From positions 1 to 25,676 of IMG/VR virus record IMGVR_UViG_3300032277_000070: DNA of 25,676 nucleotides; one strand, given 5' to 3'. A model generated the notes under the pieces. It saw only the letters and a list, made by a program, of their open reading frames with translations. It was not told the origin of the DNA and did no database searches. This DNA comes from a virus. Its lineage: Duplodnaviria; Caudoviricetes. Positions 1 to 9,285 of this stretch are shown here, in pieces. Each line of letters begins with the position of its first letter. Positions within the stretch are counted from its first letter, which is position 1. The translations under genes and the position numbers were made by a program.

Positions 1-224
1 TCCCAAACAAGTTCAGGAATAGCTTCAACCGCTGGAGTCTCTTGAGGGTGAAAACTTTCGCCTAAAACTTGCTTCATAAACGAGTCAGGGACTGTAACAT
101 TAGAAATATCCTTACCATCGGGGGTTAAATTGCTCCCTTGGCTAGGAGGTAATTGCTTACCTTGCTTAATGTTACCTACCTGCTCGTTAATAAGCTTCTC
201 AGCGAAGTCGCCAATACTATTCAT
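1..224 (-). CDS. Hypothetical protein, 3' end truncated by the window edge (MNSIGDFAEKLINEQVGNIKQGKQLPPS...)
   Basis: Not in the ORF track. Manual translation: ATG at 224..222, 2 nt after the TAG of the 227..589 gene, and the frame stays open for 74 codons to the window edge. Confidence 0.75.
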   Translation of the reverse strand, partial: MNSIGDFAEKLINEQVGNIKQGKQLPPSQGSNLTPDGKDISNVTVPDSFMKQVLGESFHPQETPAVEAIPELVW

Positions 225-226
225 GA

Positions 227-589
227 CTACTCTTCCTCAGATGCGGGAAAAAGAAGCTCTTGAATAGTTTCGTCGATAACGGTTTCAATGTCCTCATCAC
301 CTTCTTGTAGTTGGCTTAAACGGTCAACAAGACCAACCACCACATTCAGGTGTTCAAGGAGTGATTCTTCGTCAATTTCTTCGTCAAGTTGAGAAACGCA
401 AAGGGGGCAAACATGAACAGCCTCTTCTTGTAATTCCTCTTCCTTGCCTTCTCGGCTTTCCGTATCATCTTTTACAGCTTTAGCAGCTTCTTCAACAACA
501 CCCTCGGTAAGGGTAATACCAGCCTTGCCCCAGGAAGCACTTTCAAGAAGTTGCTTGCGAAGCTCGTCACTTAATTTCATATGATCCAT
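227..589 (-). CDS. Small acidic protein with a CPLC...EHL putative zinc-binding motif; function unknown
   Basis: 120-aa ORF co-oriented with the block; 25 Glu residues; contains HVCPLC-x16-H; preceded by the only sizeable intergenic gap in the window. Confidence 0.75.
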   Translation of the reverse strand: MDHMKLSDELRKQLLESASWGKAGITLTEGVVEEAAKAVKDDTESREGKEEELQEEAVHVCPLCVSQLDEEIDEESLLEHLNVVVGLVDRLSQLQEGDEDIETVIDETIQELLFPASEEE

Positions 590-682
590 TTTTATAATCT
601 CGTAATTATGGTTAAGATTTTCATCTCTACACTTATCTAGCCTACACGACTAAATTGTTTAGTTTTATTTTAAAATTTGTTG
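590..682 (-). promoter_or_regulatory. AT-rich intergenic region, candidate promoter for the downstream small genes
   Basis: Only non-coding gap longer than 10 nt. On the minus strand GTGTAG direct repeats (647..642 and 632..627) flank GCTAGATAA, and a short inverted repeat ACTAAA-CAA-TTTAGT lies at 649..663. Function is inferred only. Confidence 0.3.
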
Positions 683-3244
683 TTATCTTGTTGTGCGAGT
701 AGGCACAGATCCCCTCGTTGCGCCACCAGTGGTAGTAGGAGGAATAACAACCTCTCCTCCCCGTGTACTTTTGATAGAGCTAAATACATCATTAGGAGCC
801 CCAGGTTTCCTTCGGGATAATAAAGTATCTCTAAAAGAAATGTCATTACTAGACCGCGCTACAGGGGGTATAACTCTAATCCCCTCTATTAAACCATTTC
901 GAATAGCGTCTCGGATACCTGTAAAATTTTCTAGTCTTGAAAGCCTATTAAATTCGCTCAAGTAAAGTCTACTAAATACATCAAATTCTGTAATTGATTT
1001 CACTCTTCCTACTTCTGTCACAAAATAGTTTGTAGCTAATTCAGTAATAATCTCTTTTACTAAACGAAAGCCTGTCTTCTTTCGTGTTCTAGTATAAGTA
1101 TCAGCCGCTACATAATTCGATCCATCTCTATACCCAGTAGTAAAAACCGTATCCGTAGGTATAACTTGTGTTATCCTGGTCTGAGTATTCTTATTCCCCA
1201 AGACATCCACAGCGGCTTTGCCATCGGTCATAACCCTAACAAATTTATTAGTTTGGTCCCTACTGAACTCAGGAACAATTGTCGAGCTACATCGTAACTT
1301 TCTTGTTGTAGATCCGTCAGAGCCAATCGAATAAAGTTCAGACTTGCCATTAAACAGATTGTAATCACTCCTATTGGTAGGGTAAATTAAGATATAGGGG
1401 GCTATCTGTCGAGTTAGTAATGGAATAGTTTTGTTTCCTTTAGGAGAATCAAACAAAATATCTGTTTGTCTAATAGTTAAATTTCCTACTACATCTAAGT
1501 AATCAAATATTAAATCCTCGTCATCAAGCATAAACACTTTATGGTTTGCTTTATATTTTATAAATTCATTAAAAGCTACAAGATCAGAGTTGAGTTGGGT
1601 AGGCACTAAATCGTATTGAGTTGTGGAATCTTTAAGCAGCAAGGATCCTGTAGGGCTAGGAATGGTATTAATAGAACTTAGAACAGCACTTAGTACATAA
1701 AAATTCTGGCGAGGGGCTGATAAAGAATAATCAAACTCAATACCCGACAAACTTGGTGAAGCATTAACCTCAAGAGTTCTCCCTGTATCTCCTCCTAACA
1801 AACTTAGAGTTTGTTGTCTAATTTTTTCAGGTAGTATGAATGCATGATCTAGCTCTGAGTTAGTAAAAAGTCTTTGGGTTACTCCACTTATATTGATGTT
1901 TACATAGTTACCGTCTTGGATTTTCAGATCTCTTCCTGTCATAAAGGTATTGTCATCCCTAACATAAAGCTTTTCAGAAACTCCTGCGATCCGTATCGGA
2001 ATAGATTGATCAATATCAGTAGCTAAAGTCTTCCAGTTAGGAAGAATATTTGTCATTCTTCCATCTGTCTTACTTGGATCTAACGTAAATTTATTTTTAT
2101 CAATTAAAGTCATTGCGGCGACTTCATTAACAATAGTACTACTGCTCTTCTTTATCACAAAAGGAACACGATCTTTACTGCTTTTAGCTAATTTTTGCAG
2201 ACTCCTTAATGTAACATCAGCTATACTTCCATCTAAAATACGAGTGCCAATCATATTATATATTTGGATTCGTGTTATATTAGTCCCATCGTAATTGCGG
2301 ATTTCAGTAAATAATTGTTTTACTTCATCACTTAAACTGAAATAAACTGATTCGGGGGTTACTCCCGCTGACCTAGTACTGTCCCAGCTACCCCCATTTA
2401 TACGATTCTTTAATATGTAAGATACATCACTATCAATTGTATCAGCGAAAATCTCAGTATAAATTGTTTCATTAATAACTTCTGTAGGAGCTTGAGCAGT
2501 TGTTATGAAAGCTATATCTGGCGCTTGCAACCCAGTAGGGTTTCTGTTAAGAATATTAGAAGCAATTGCAGGGTTGGTAAGATCAAGAAGTCCCGTCGAT
2601 GCTGCATTGCCAAATATAGCTGCTTCTGTTGAGTTTAAGCTTCGTTCTGTATCAAGAGTGCATTGTTTCCACGTTACTACCTTGTCCGCGCACGTTTTAC
2701 CAGAACAGTTGGCGAGGGTAAATCCTTCCAAGCTTTGTTGTGGCTTACACGTTCCTCCTCCTCCTCTTATAACAGGATTGTAGTCACTATACTTATCGGC
2801 ATAAGCTGCTACCCTATCAGGAGGCTTTTCGATTAGTGATTTACACTCTCCTTCAAAGATGACTGTAAAATAGAGACAACCATCATCCCCTGTTACAGGT
2901 GCTTGCCATGGCCCTTTTTTATAAACGCAGTAGCACTTAGCTTTTTTGGCGCTGCCAGTAGTGGGGACGCCAGGATTGGTGGGGACGCCACTCCCATCAC
3001 CACCGCCACCGCCACCACTTGGTGGAGTGAAAATAGTAGGACCGGGTCCAATTGGTATTGTGGGGGTCGCGCTGACGGGCGGCAAGGGTCTTTCTCGGGG
3101 TCTTACCTCGCCTGGAGGAGAAGGTGGATCACTTCCATCAGGACCGATTATGACTCCTCCTCCTTCATCAAATTCGGGTAAGTTTCCAGGACCCATCCCT
3201 GGGAGATAAGTCCCGCAGCCAAATGTAGGCACGGTGATAGGCAT
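683..3244 (-). CDS. Hypothetical virion-associated protein with a Pro/Gly-rich N-terminus and a Cys-rich domain
   Basis: 853-aa ORF starting 3 nt after the stop of the upstream fibre-like gene; last large gene of the tail block; no family recognised. Confidence 0.8.
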   Translation of the reverse strand: MPITVPTFGCGTYLPGMGPGNLPEFDEGGGVIIGPDGSDPPSPPGEVRPRERPLPPVSATPTIPIGPGPTIFTPPSGGGGGGDGSGVPTNPGVPTTGSAKKAKCYCVYKKGPWQAPVTGDDGCLYFTVIFEGECKSLIEKPPDRVAAYADKYSDYNPVIRGGGGTCKPQQSLEGFTLANCSGKTCADKVVTWKQCTLDTERSLNSTEAAIFGNAASTGLLDLTNPAIASNILNRNPTGLQAPDIAFITTAQAPTEVINETIYTEIFADTIDSDVSYILKNRINGGSWDSTRSAGVTPESVYFSLSDEVKQLFTEIRNYDGTNITRIQIYNMIGTRILDGSIADVTLRSLQKLAKSSKDRVPFVIKKSSSTIVNEVAAMTLIDKNKFTLDPSKTDGRMTNILPNWKTLATDIDQSIPIRIAGVSEKLYVRDDNTFMTGRDLKIQDGNYVNINISGVTQRLFTNSELDHAFILPEKIRQQTLSLLGGDTGRTLEVNASPSLSGIEFDYSLSAPRQNFYVLSAVLSSINTIPSPTGSLLLKDSTTQYDLVPTQLNSDLVAFNEFIKYKANHKVFMLDDEDLIFDYLDVVGNLTIRQTDILFDSPKGNKTIPLLTRQIAPYILIYPTNRSDYNLFNGKSELYSIGSDGSTTRKLRCSSTIVPEFSRDQTNKFVRVMTDGKAAVDVLGNKNTQTRITQVIPTDTVFTTGYRDGSNYVAADTYTRTRKKTGFRLVKEIITELATNYFVTEVGRVKSITEFDVFSRLYLSEFNRLSRLENFTGIRDAIRNGLIEGIRVIPPVARSSNDISFRDTLLSRRKPGAPNDVFSSIKSTRGGEVVIPPTTTGGATRGSVPTRTTR

Positions 3245-3247
3245 ATC

Positions 3248-5725
3248 TTAAATGTCCTTTAATTTAATTTCAGGGTTAGTCCCGTTCAGATTTCCATGTA
3301 AGTAAGCAGCATCAGTATCAGGTATTCCTGTCATCTTCCACATCACGGTGGGATAAGTACATTTGCCTATTCTAGGGTTTCCAACATAACCTCCTGCGGG
3401 TCCATGTATGGACATAGCGTTAGTGTTAGAAGAAAGAAGATCACTAACGGGAACTACGAAGCCAGAGTATCTTCCTCCGTCTCTTTGAGATACCCCCTTA
3501 GTATTCGGACCAGGAAACCCAGGATTGGCATCGTTGGAATTAGTCTCGGCAGTGAAGGCAACATAAATAATAAAATAATTTGGACCCTTCTCAATCCAAT
3601 GCCCAAAATAGGACCCTGCAAGATCGCGGCCTTTGTTATTTCCGTAGTATCCCGTTTCGCTTTGTGCCAAAGAATTAACCAGAGTTACATCCACGCTATA
3701 ATCCATTAGCCAAATAGGTCTATCAAAGAAAATCTTCTTAGAGATGTAATGAAAATATACGTTCGAGTGTGCATTGCTTCCTTGTGCTTCTACATTATCA
3801 AACCTATCTAATTTTAATGGTTCGGTTCCATTCTTATTTAGACCGCCGAGGTTGGTACCTTCCCTGTTACTTGCAGCGACAATACTGTCATCCCCATTGT
3901 TATATTTACCCCAATTTTGTGACAGAAAGGTATTAATATAATCATTAGGGTGTTGCCCTTTTTCATCAAGATTTTGTTCAAAACACCATTGGGCTATATC
4001 CCAATCAGGGTAATTAGGAATTTCTACTAGGGAAGTTGGAATATCAGTTCCATAGGAGTATTTGCTTTGAACTTGCGCTTTAATATACTGAAGAGAGTCA
4101 TTGTCAAGTGATTCATCCTCACCAAACTCTTTTCTCCAGAAATTAAATAAAGCTCCTTCTGGACCAAAATTATATCCCCCAAAAACATACCCAGCAGCTA
4201 CGGTACTTATATTTCTTCCCCCCAACCCAGAGTTTATATTATCTACCTTCCCATTAAGGTGATCGTAAACACGTTTAAGCTCATAATCTAATTGGCCCTT
4301 ACCTACAGCAGGGTTTGCTAGGGAGAGTTGTGGGAATGCCGCTCCAATACCTGCTCTCTCGTTATAAGCCAACTCAGCGGTTCTGAATAGAGGTCGAATA
4401 TCAATAACATCTGTACTAAGAACTACTTGAGATCCATTCTGAACCCAAACATAAGCAACAGGAAGGATCGACTGTCCGACAAGCTCGAAAGCACTATCCG
4501 ATAACTTCTCGGAAATAAGAGGAGCTAGGTTTATAAGATCATCGGGAGCGGGGAACGTACCTCTGACATCTTGTGCAATATCGTTGGCAGACGTAGAAGT
4601 AAATCCCATCTGTATATTCTTCTGGTCCCCTGGGTGAGCAAGAATTTTATTCTCAGAACCCATGTTCTCAATGTAATCTTGTTCAAAGTTGGTAGTCTCT
4701 TGATAATTAGTTTTAATACCTGCACCCCGAACAATACCTAATTGGGGCGTAGTGATGGCTTGCTTACCATCTGGTTTTAGAAGTAAGACACTGGCAGAAT
4801 CAACGGGTTTACTATAAATGAAGACTAAATCAATTCTACTTTCTACACCCGTAACTGGTGTAGTAGTTCCATCAGAGTCGGTATAAGAAAAATCATCAGC
4901 ATCGAAACCAGGAACTTCAATGGAGAGTTCATCAACAATATCTACAATAGCAATTCGAGAAACTCCTCGCCACTTCTTAATAAAATAACTCTCTGTTCTA
5001 GGTAACTTAGCCCAACCGTTGTTCGTATTACTAATCTCAAAGCTTGGTAAAGCATAATCGGCTGTGGTAGCTCCTTGGGATTTTGCCCAAATCAAAGCTT
5101 GAGAGATAACCATTGGGGAGTACGATGCTCCTCCTCCTGGAATGTTTACATCAGGACCCCCGTAACTCATAGTTTTGCCATCTACCAACTTAATTCCATC
5201 ATTATCAATAGGAGTATTTGAATTAATAATAGGCCAAGTAAAACATCTTTCAACTAAGCCTGTCATCCCCATAGCTTCTGAGGCTACAGCAGTTTTAAAA
5301 GTATCTAATGCCCCTTGAAGGATGGCGTTTTTCCCAGTTTTATAGAGTCCTGTAAAACCCGCTGGGTTTGGTAGAGTCGTAGACCAAGCATCAACCTCCC
5401 CAAGAGCGTCTCCCATAACTTTTTCTAAGTAAGCTAGGGGCTTCTTAGTACTAGCATCATTAATTCTAGCAGAGTATCTTCCTGGTTTAACTCTAATTAC
5501 ACGATCAGCCCCTGTAGCATACGGTCTAAGCTCATCTATATCGGCTCGCTTTACTCCAGTTAACTTTGTATCATTCCTAACCTGATCCCGAAGCCAGTTA
5601 CAGTTCTCTTGAAGCTGCTTGAGAGGAATGTTATCCACTTCAAAGTAATAAGGATCATTAGCTTTGAAAAATCTGATCGGATCAGTAAACCGATAATTAC
5701 TATCTTCATATATTTTTTCTGACAT
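3248..5725 (-). CDS. Putative tail fibre / baseplate-attached receptor-binding protein
   Basis: 825 aa. N-terminal DNIPLKQLQENCNWLRDQV resembles fibre-anchor helices. SRIDLVFI...LPVAYVWVQNGSQVVLSTDVIDIRP resembles the RID...LAxVxV...DxR pattern common in phage baseplate/fibre attachment domains. Short coiled segment LDYELKRVYDHLNGKVDNI. TAATG overlap with the upstream gene. Confidence 0.6.
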   Translation of the reverse strand: MSEKIYEDSNYRFTDPIRFFKANDPYYFEVDNIPLKQLQENCNWLRDQVRNDTKLTGVKRADIDELRPYATGADRVIRVKPGRYSARINDASTKKPLAYLEKVMGDALGEVDAWSTTLPNPAGFTGLYKTGKNAILQGALDTFKTAVASEAMGMTGLVERCFTWPIINSNTPIDNDGIKLVDGKTMSYGGPDVNIPGGGASYSPMVISQALIWAKSQGATTADYALPSFEISNTNNGWAKLPRTESYFIKKWRGVSRIAIVDIVDELSIEVPGFDADDFSYTDSDGTTTPVTGVESRIDLVFIYSKPVDSASVLLLKPDGKQAITTPQLGIVRGAGIKTNYQETTNFEQDYIENMGSENKILAHPGDQKNIQMGFTSTSANDIAQDVRGTFPAPDDLINLAPLISEKLSDSAFELVGQSILPVAYVWVQNGSQVVLSTDVIDIRPLFRTAELAYNERAGIGAAFPQLSLANPAVGKGQLDYELKRVYDHLNGKVDNINSGLGGRNISTVAAGYVFGGYNFGPEGALFNFWRKEFGEDESLDNDSLQYIKAQVQSKYSYGTDIPTSLVEIPNYPDWDIAQWCFEQNLDEKGQHPNDYINTFLSQNWGKYNNGDDSIVAASNREGTNLGGLNKNGTEPLKLDRFDNVEAQGSNAHSNVYFHYISKKIFFDRPIWLMDYSVDVTLVNSLAQSETGYYGNNKGRDLAGSYFGHWIEKGPNYFIIYVAFTAETNSNDANPGFPGPNTKGVSQRDGGRYSGFVVPVSDLLSSNTNAMSIHGPAGGYVGNPRIGKCTYPTVMWKMTGIPDTDAAYLHGNLNGTNPEIKLKDI

Positions 5726-8700
5726 TAGTTATCCCTCGAAAGATCGAAAATTGTAGCAGACTTGAAGCCCACTCCTCCAGAAGTATCACCAACATACGCT
5801 TCTGAGGTTCTATTATTAGCAGCATCAGATTTAGATGAGTATATGGTAACTTTTTTAGGTCTTCCTGCTAATCCTACACTAGCATTTCTAGCATTGGCAA
5901 AAGTATAGGAAGCTGATTCATCCATTATACATTGTGTTGGGTTATCTTCAACGAATTCATTGCAATAGTAGAACCCCGAAGTCCATAATTGATTAGGGAT
6001 CCCATCCCCAATAGAATCGTAACTTAATTTAACAAGGTCGGGGTAAGTTCCGCTGAGGTTTGATCCATCAGTTTGGACAAGTGCGGAGAGTGGAGCAGAA
6101 CAATTATATCCTTGAGCGAAGGTTTGATAAGCAGGACCAACAGTTCCACTAAAATTCGCACCATGAGGATAGGCTCCATGATAAAAACCACTTAAATCAC
6201 TCTGAAGAGCCCGTGCAGAAGGTTTAGGGCTCCAATAAATCCTAAATACTCCTTGGTTATCGCTTGTATGTGGAGTAGATCCCCAATTATAAGTAGTATC
6301 TCCACTAACATTAATTCCTGCGTAAGATAAAATTTGTGCGGTATCGTCATTAATACTTCCTGAAACAGGGTAGAATGCATCAAAAGGATTATTTACTGTA
6401 ACTCCAGATGGAATCACCCAAACAGAGCTTCCTGCTCCGAAGGCATCAAGAACACTTAAGCTTGCCGTATCGGGGGTTCTAAGAGGGGCTCCATATGCAG
6501 GAGCGCCATCAGCTACGGTTCCATCAAAAGACGAAAGATAAATTCCACTAGGACCGTGATAATCAGTACTTCCAGGCCACATACCGCTTACAGATAAGAA
6601 GGATGCATTAAGCCTAGACGTATCAGCAATGTTCCAAATCATCAACTTATCACAATCAGTCCCACTGGTAGTATAATAAAGTCCATCCAAGGGAGTAGCA
6701 TTAGTTCCGATTGGGAAGTGAACGTTCTTGACATTTACTACACTGTCTTCAGTAGCTCGTAAGCACACTCCACCTTGAGTAAGGTTACTAATATTAGCAG
6801 CGTTTAGCGGAGTGCCAATAATAGTTTGAGTAGCAAAGAATCTATTTATTCCTGTAGTTGCGGTGAAGATAGGAAAATCAGGGACTGTAAATCCAAGTCC
6901 AGCATTTAAATCGTCAAGATTAAAGTCATCCACCGCCGATGTATCCTGTGGGTTTGGGTAGAATTGAAGGGATCCAGAAGAGGTATAAGTACTAGTGTCA
7001 AAAGTATTAATAGGATAATCAAACCCTGCGTCCAAGTAAGCTGTTCCTGTAGAATCTCTACCCCAGTTAACGGGGAAAGCTCCAAGGTCGGCTATGTTAA
7101 TAACCGAGTTTTTATTAGATACCAAACAAGCTCTTGTTGCGTGAAGTTCCACCGAAGTATGGTTTTCCCCAGACTCTAAATTAAAAGCACTAACTTCTAA
7201 TCCGAAAGAGTCTTTAGTTCTAGGAGGTTCAATATTAAGAGTAGAGTTGTTTTCCACAAGAATATCAACTCCAAACTGACCTAACGCTGCTGGTCCGTGA
7301 ATATTAATCTCGGAAGAATTATTGGCGTACATTCCAGCCATCTTAGACTGATTTGCTAGTCCTGCTGGTCCGAAGACAAATGTACACCCAGAACCTGAAC
7401 CAAAACAACTAACCTTAGAGTTATTATTTGCTCTAATAGCTCGTCCGTAAGATGGAGCATTGGCAACATTTTCATCTGTTCCACTAACTTCGACAGCAGC
7501 GTGAATCAAATCTAATTCAGAACCATCATTAACTGACAGAGCGGGAAGAGTTGATTTATTTTCTCCATTATAGTTGATAACTCCGTGAGCAACTTTAAAG
7601 TTAGTATTTCCATACATGGTCGGGATGCTGTTCTTTCTTTCGAATCCGAAAGAACTATTCTTCATCAGATCTATATGCTGTGCATTCCCAGACATGTCTA
7701 ACTGTTTGCGGTCTTGTTGACCCGCAACCTCAGGTGAGGCAGGGGAATCAAATACAAACGAAGAGTTTCGTGATCTAATGGCTTCTCCACTATGAGCGTC
7801 AATGCATAAGTTTTCAAAGACTACCTTAGATCCATCAGCCTCAATACCTTTATCATCACCGTAAACATCAAGTAGCCCCTTGATATCCATATGAGAGTTA
7901 TTAAGAAGCATTCCATAACCCGTATTCAACTCAGTTCCAACAATACTAGCAAATAAAGGATTAGTAGAGATTGTTCTTTGTAATCCTCCTGATAATTTAG
8001 AGTTATCTAACACCCATCCTGCGTAGTTTCTAGATGCCATTACAACGCAATCAACACCAGAACCCCCAATATCCCCAGGACCAGTCGTGTTTAGAGCCAA
8101 GGGAAGTGAGCTTACTATAACCTCACTGTTAACAGCGTGGAATCCATAACCTGTTTCAGCCTCTCTAGTAGTTGGGGACGTAAGCTTATAATTTCTATAA
8201 GCAGCAGCGGATCTTGATAGAGTTACTTGTGAATTATTAAATTTGAATCCAGCTTTTTTACATCTAGAGGCTACGCAGTTCTCAAGAACAACCTCTGAAT
8301 TAGTTATTTCAATACCTATTTCTCTTCCAACAGTAGAAGTAGATTCCCCGTCAACAAAGAAGTTTCTAATATAGATGGGACCATCACAGTTCTTAACGCT
8401 AATCTTAGAGCAGGTATTGAAATAAGTGTTTCCACCAACAGCCAGCTTCTCGATATTACCTAATTGGGCTCTATACATAGCTAAGGCAGTAGATTGATTG
8501 GTTGCACTAACATCAATAGTGTCCCTTGTTAAATCATTAGCATTGAGTATATTCTCATACGGAGCAAAGGAAAATTGATTATCTGTCCCTGTAAGCGGAG
8601 AAGCTGATTTAAACGCTACCGTTAGTGGGGCTTTTCTTAAATTATGCCTCGGGTAAAAAACTGAGTTCCCCTGAGCAGCAAGCCTTGCATCTCCTGCTCC

Positions 8701-9285
8701 ACTAAGAACCGTAGTTCCTAAATGAACACACTTCGTAGCAGTAAGAGTTGAACTTAAGTCCAAGGAACTAACTGTAGTCATAAGCGCATGGGACTGATTA
8801 TATGTTGGTGCAGTTACAATAGCTTGACTGTCCCCAGAAGTATTATAAACTCTAGCAAAGTTGCGGTTAATTATCTCAATCGAACCACCTTCTTCGATTC
8901 GGAAATTATGTAGTTCTAAGGGACCAAGATCACCAAAGCTACCAACTTCAACTAAAACAGGAAAGCGCACCACTTTTGGAATAGCGGCAATACAAGAACT
9001 AAGGTCAGTAAATACGGTACTGTTAGCGAGAAGTACAGCTTGTCCTTCAGTAGTATTTGCTGCGTCTGCCGAGACAGTGAGGGCAAAGCCTGTTAATGAA
9101 GAAGTTGCGAAACCAGCCTGTTCCCAGTTCTCATATGTACGTTCCTCTAGGTCATAAAGAGGCAAGTTATCTTGCTCCCAATTGTAGAAAGAACTAGTAT
9201 CGTACTTGGACACATAAGGAGTCCAAGCGTTTTGAAGCATTACGCTTCCACTACTGGTGTAAATATCTGTTTCGCTAAAAGGCAT
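5725..9285 (-). CDS. Putative tailspike/fibre with a right-handed parallel beta-helix (pectin-lyase-like fold)
   Basis: 1186 aa. A capping-type motif FTDLSSCIAAIPKVVRFPVLVEVGSFG is followed by repeated Asn/Ser/Gly-turn strands (GIEITNSEVVLENC, GFKFNNSQVTL, GFHAVNSEVIV, GWVLDNSKLS, GMLLNNSHMDI, GIEADGSKVVF, AIRANNNSKVS, GMYANNSSEINI). Lies downstream of the baseplate genes. Confidence 0.7.
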   Translation of the reverse strand: MPFSETDIYTSSGSVMLQNAWTPYVSKYDTSSFYNWEQDNLPLYDLEERTYENWEQAGFATSSLTGFALTVSADAANTTEGQAVLLANSTVFTDLSSCIAAIPKVVRFPVLVEVGSFGDLGPLELHNFRIEEGGSIEIINRNFARVYNTSGDSQAIVTAPTYNQSHALMTTVSSLDLSSTLTATKCVHLGTTVLSGAGDARLAAQGNSVFYPRHNLRKAPLTVAFKSASPLTGTDNQFSFAPYENILNANDLTRDTIDVSATNQSTALAMYRAQLGNIEKLAVGGNTYFNTCSKISVKNCDGPIYIRNFFVDGESTSTVGREIGIEITNSEVVLENCVASRCKKAGFKFNNSQVTLSRSAAAYRNYKLTSPTTREAETGYGFHAVNSEVIVSSLPLALNTTGPGDIGGSGVDCVVMASRNYAGWVLDNSKLSGGLQRTISTNPLFASIVGTELNTGYGMLLNNSHMDIKGLLDVYGDDKGIEADGSKVVFENLCIDAHSGEAIRSRNSSFVFDSPASPEVAGQQDRKQLDMSGNAQHIDLMKNSSFGFERKNSIPTMYGNTNFKVAHGVINYNGENKSTLPALSVNDGSELDLIHAAVEVSGTDENVANAPSYGRAIRANNNSKVSCFGSGSGCTFVFGPAGLANQSKMAGMYANNSSEINIHGPAALGQFGVDILVENNSTLNIEPPRTKDSFGLEVSAFNLESGENHTSVELHATRACLVSNKNSVINIADLGAFPVNWGRDSTGTAYLDAGFDYPINTFDTSTYTSSGSLQFYPNPQDTSAVDDFNLDDLNAGLGFTVPDFPIFTATTGINRFFATQTIIGTPLNAANISNLTQGGVCLRATEDSVVNVKNVHFPIGTNATPLDGLYYTTSGTDCDKLMIWNIADTSRLNASFLSVSGMWPGSTDYHGPSGIYLSSFDGTVADGAPAYGAPLRTPDTASLSVLDAFGAGSSVWVIPSGVTVNNPFDAFYPVSGSINDDTAQILSYAGINVSGDTTYNWGSTPHTSDNQGVFRIYWSPKPSARALQSDLSGFYHGAYPHGANFSGTVGPAYQTFAQGYNCSAPLSALVQTDGSNLSGTYPDLVKLSYDSIGDGIPNQLWTSGFYYCNEFVEDNPTQCIMDESASYTFANARNASVGLAGRPKKVTIYSSKSDAANNRTSEAYVGDTSGGVGFKSATIFDLSRDN

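Noticed and set aside
649-663. ACTAAA-CAA-TTTAGT hairpin as an intrinsic terminator
   Set aside because: Only a 6-bp AT-rich stem with a 3-nt loop and no U-tract following on the coding strand.
2998-3017. GGTGGC-type short tandem repeat as a contingency locus
   Set aside because: It simply encodes a six-Gly linker and is too short to support phase variation.
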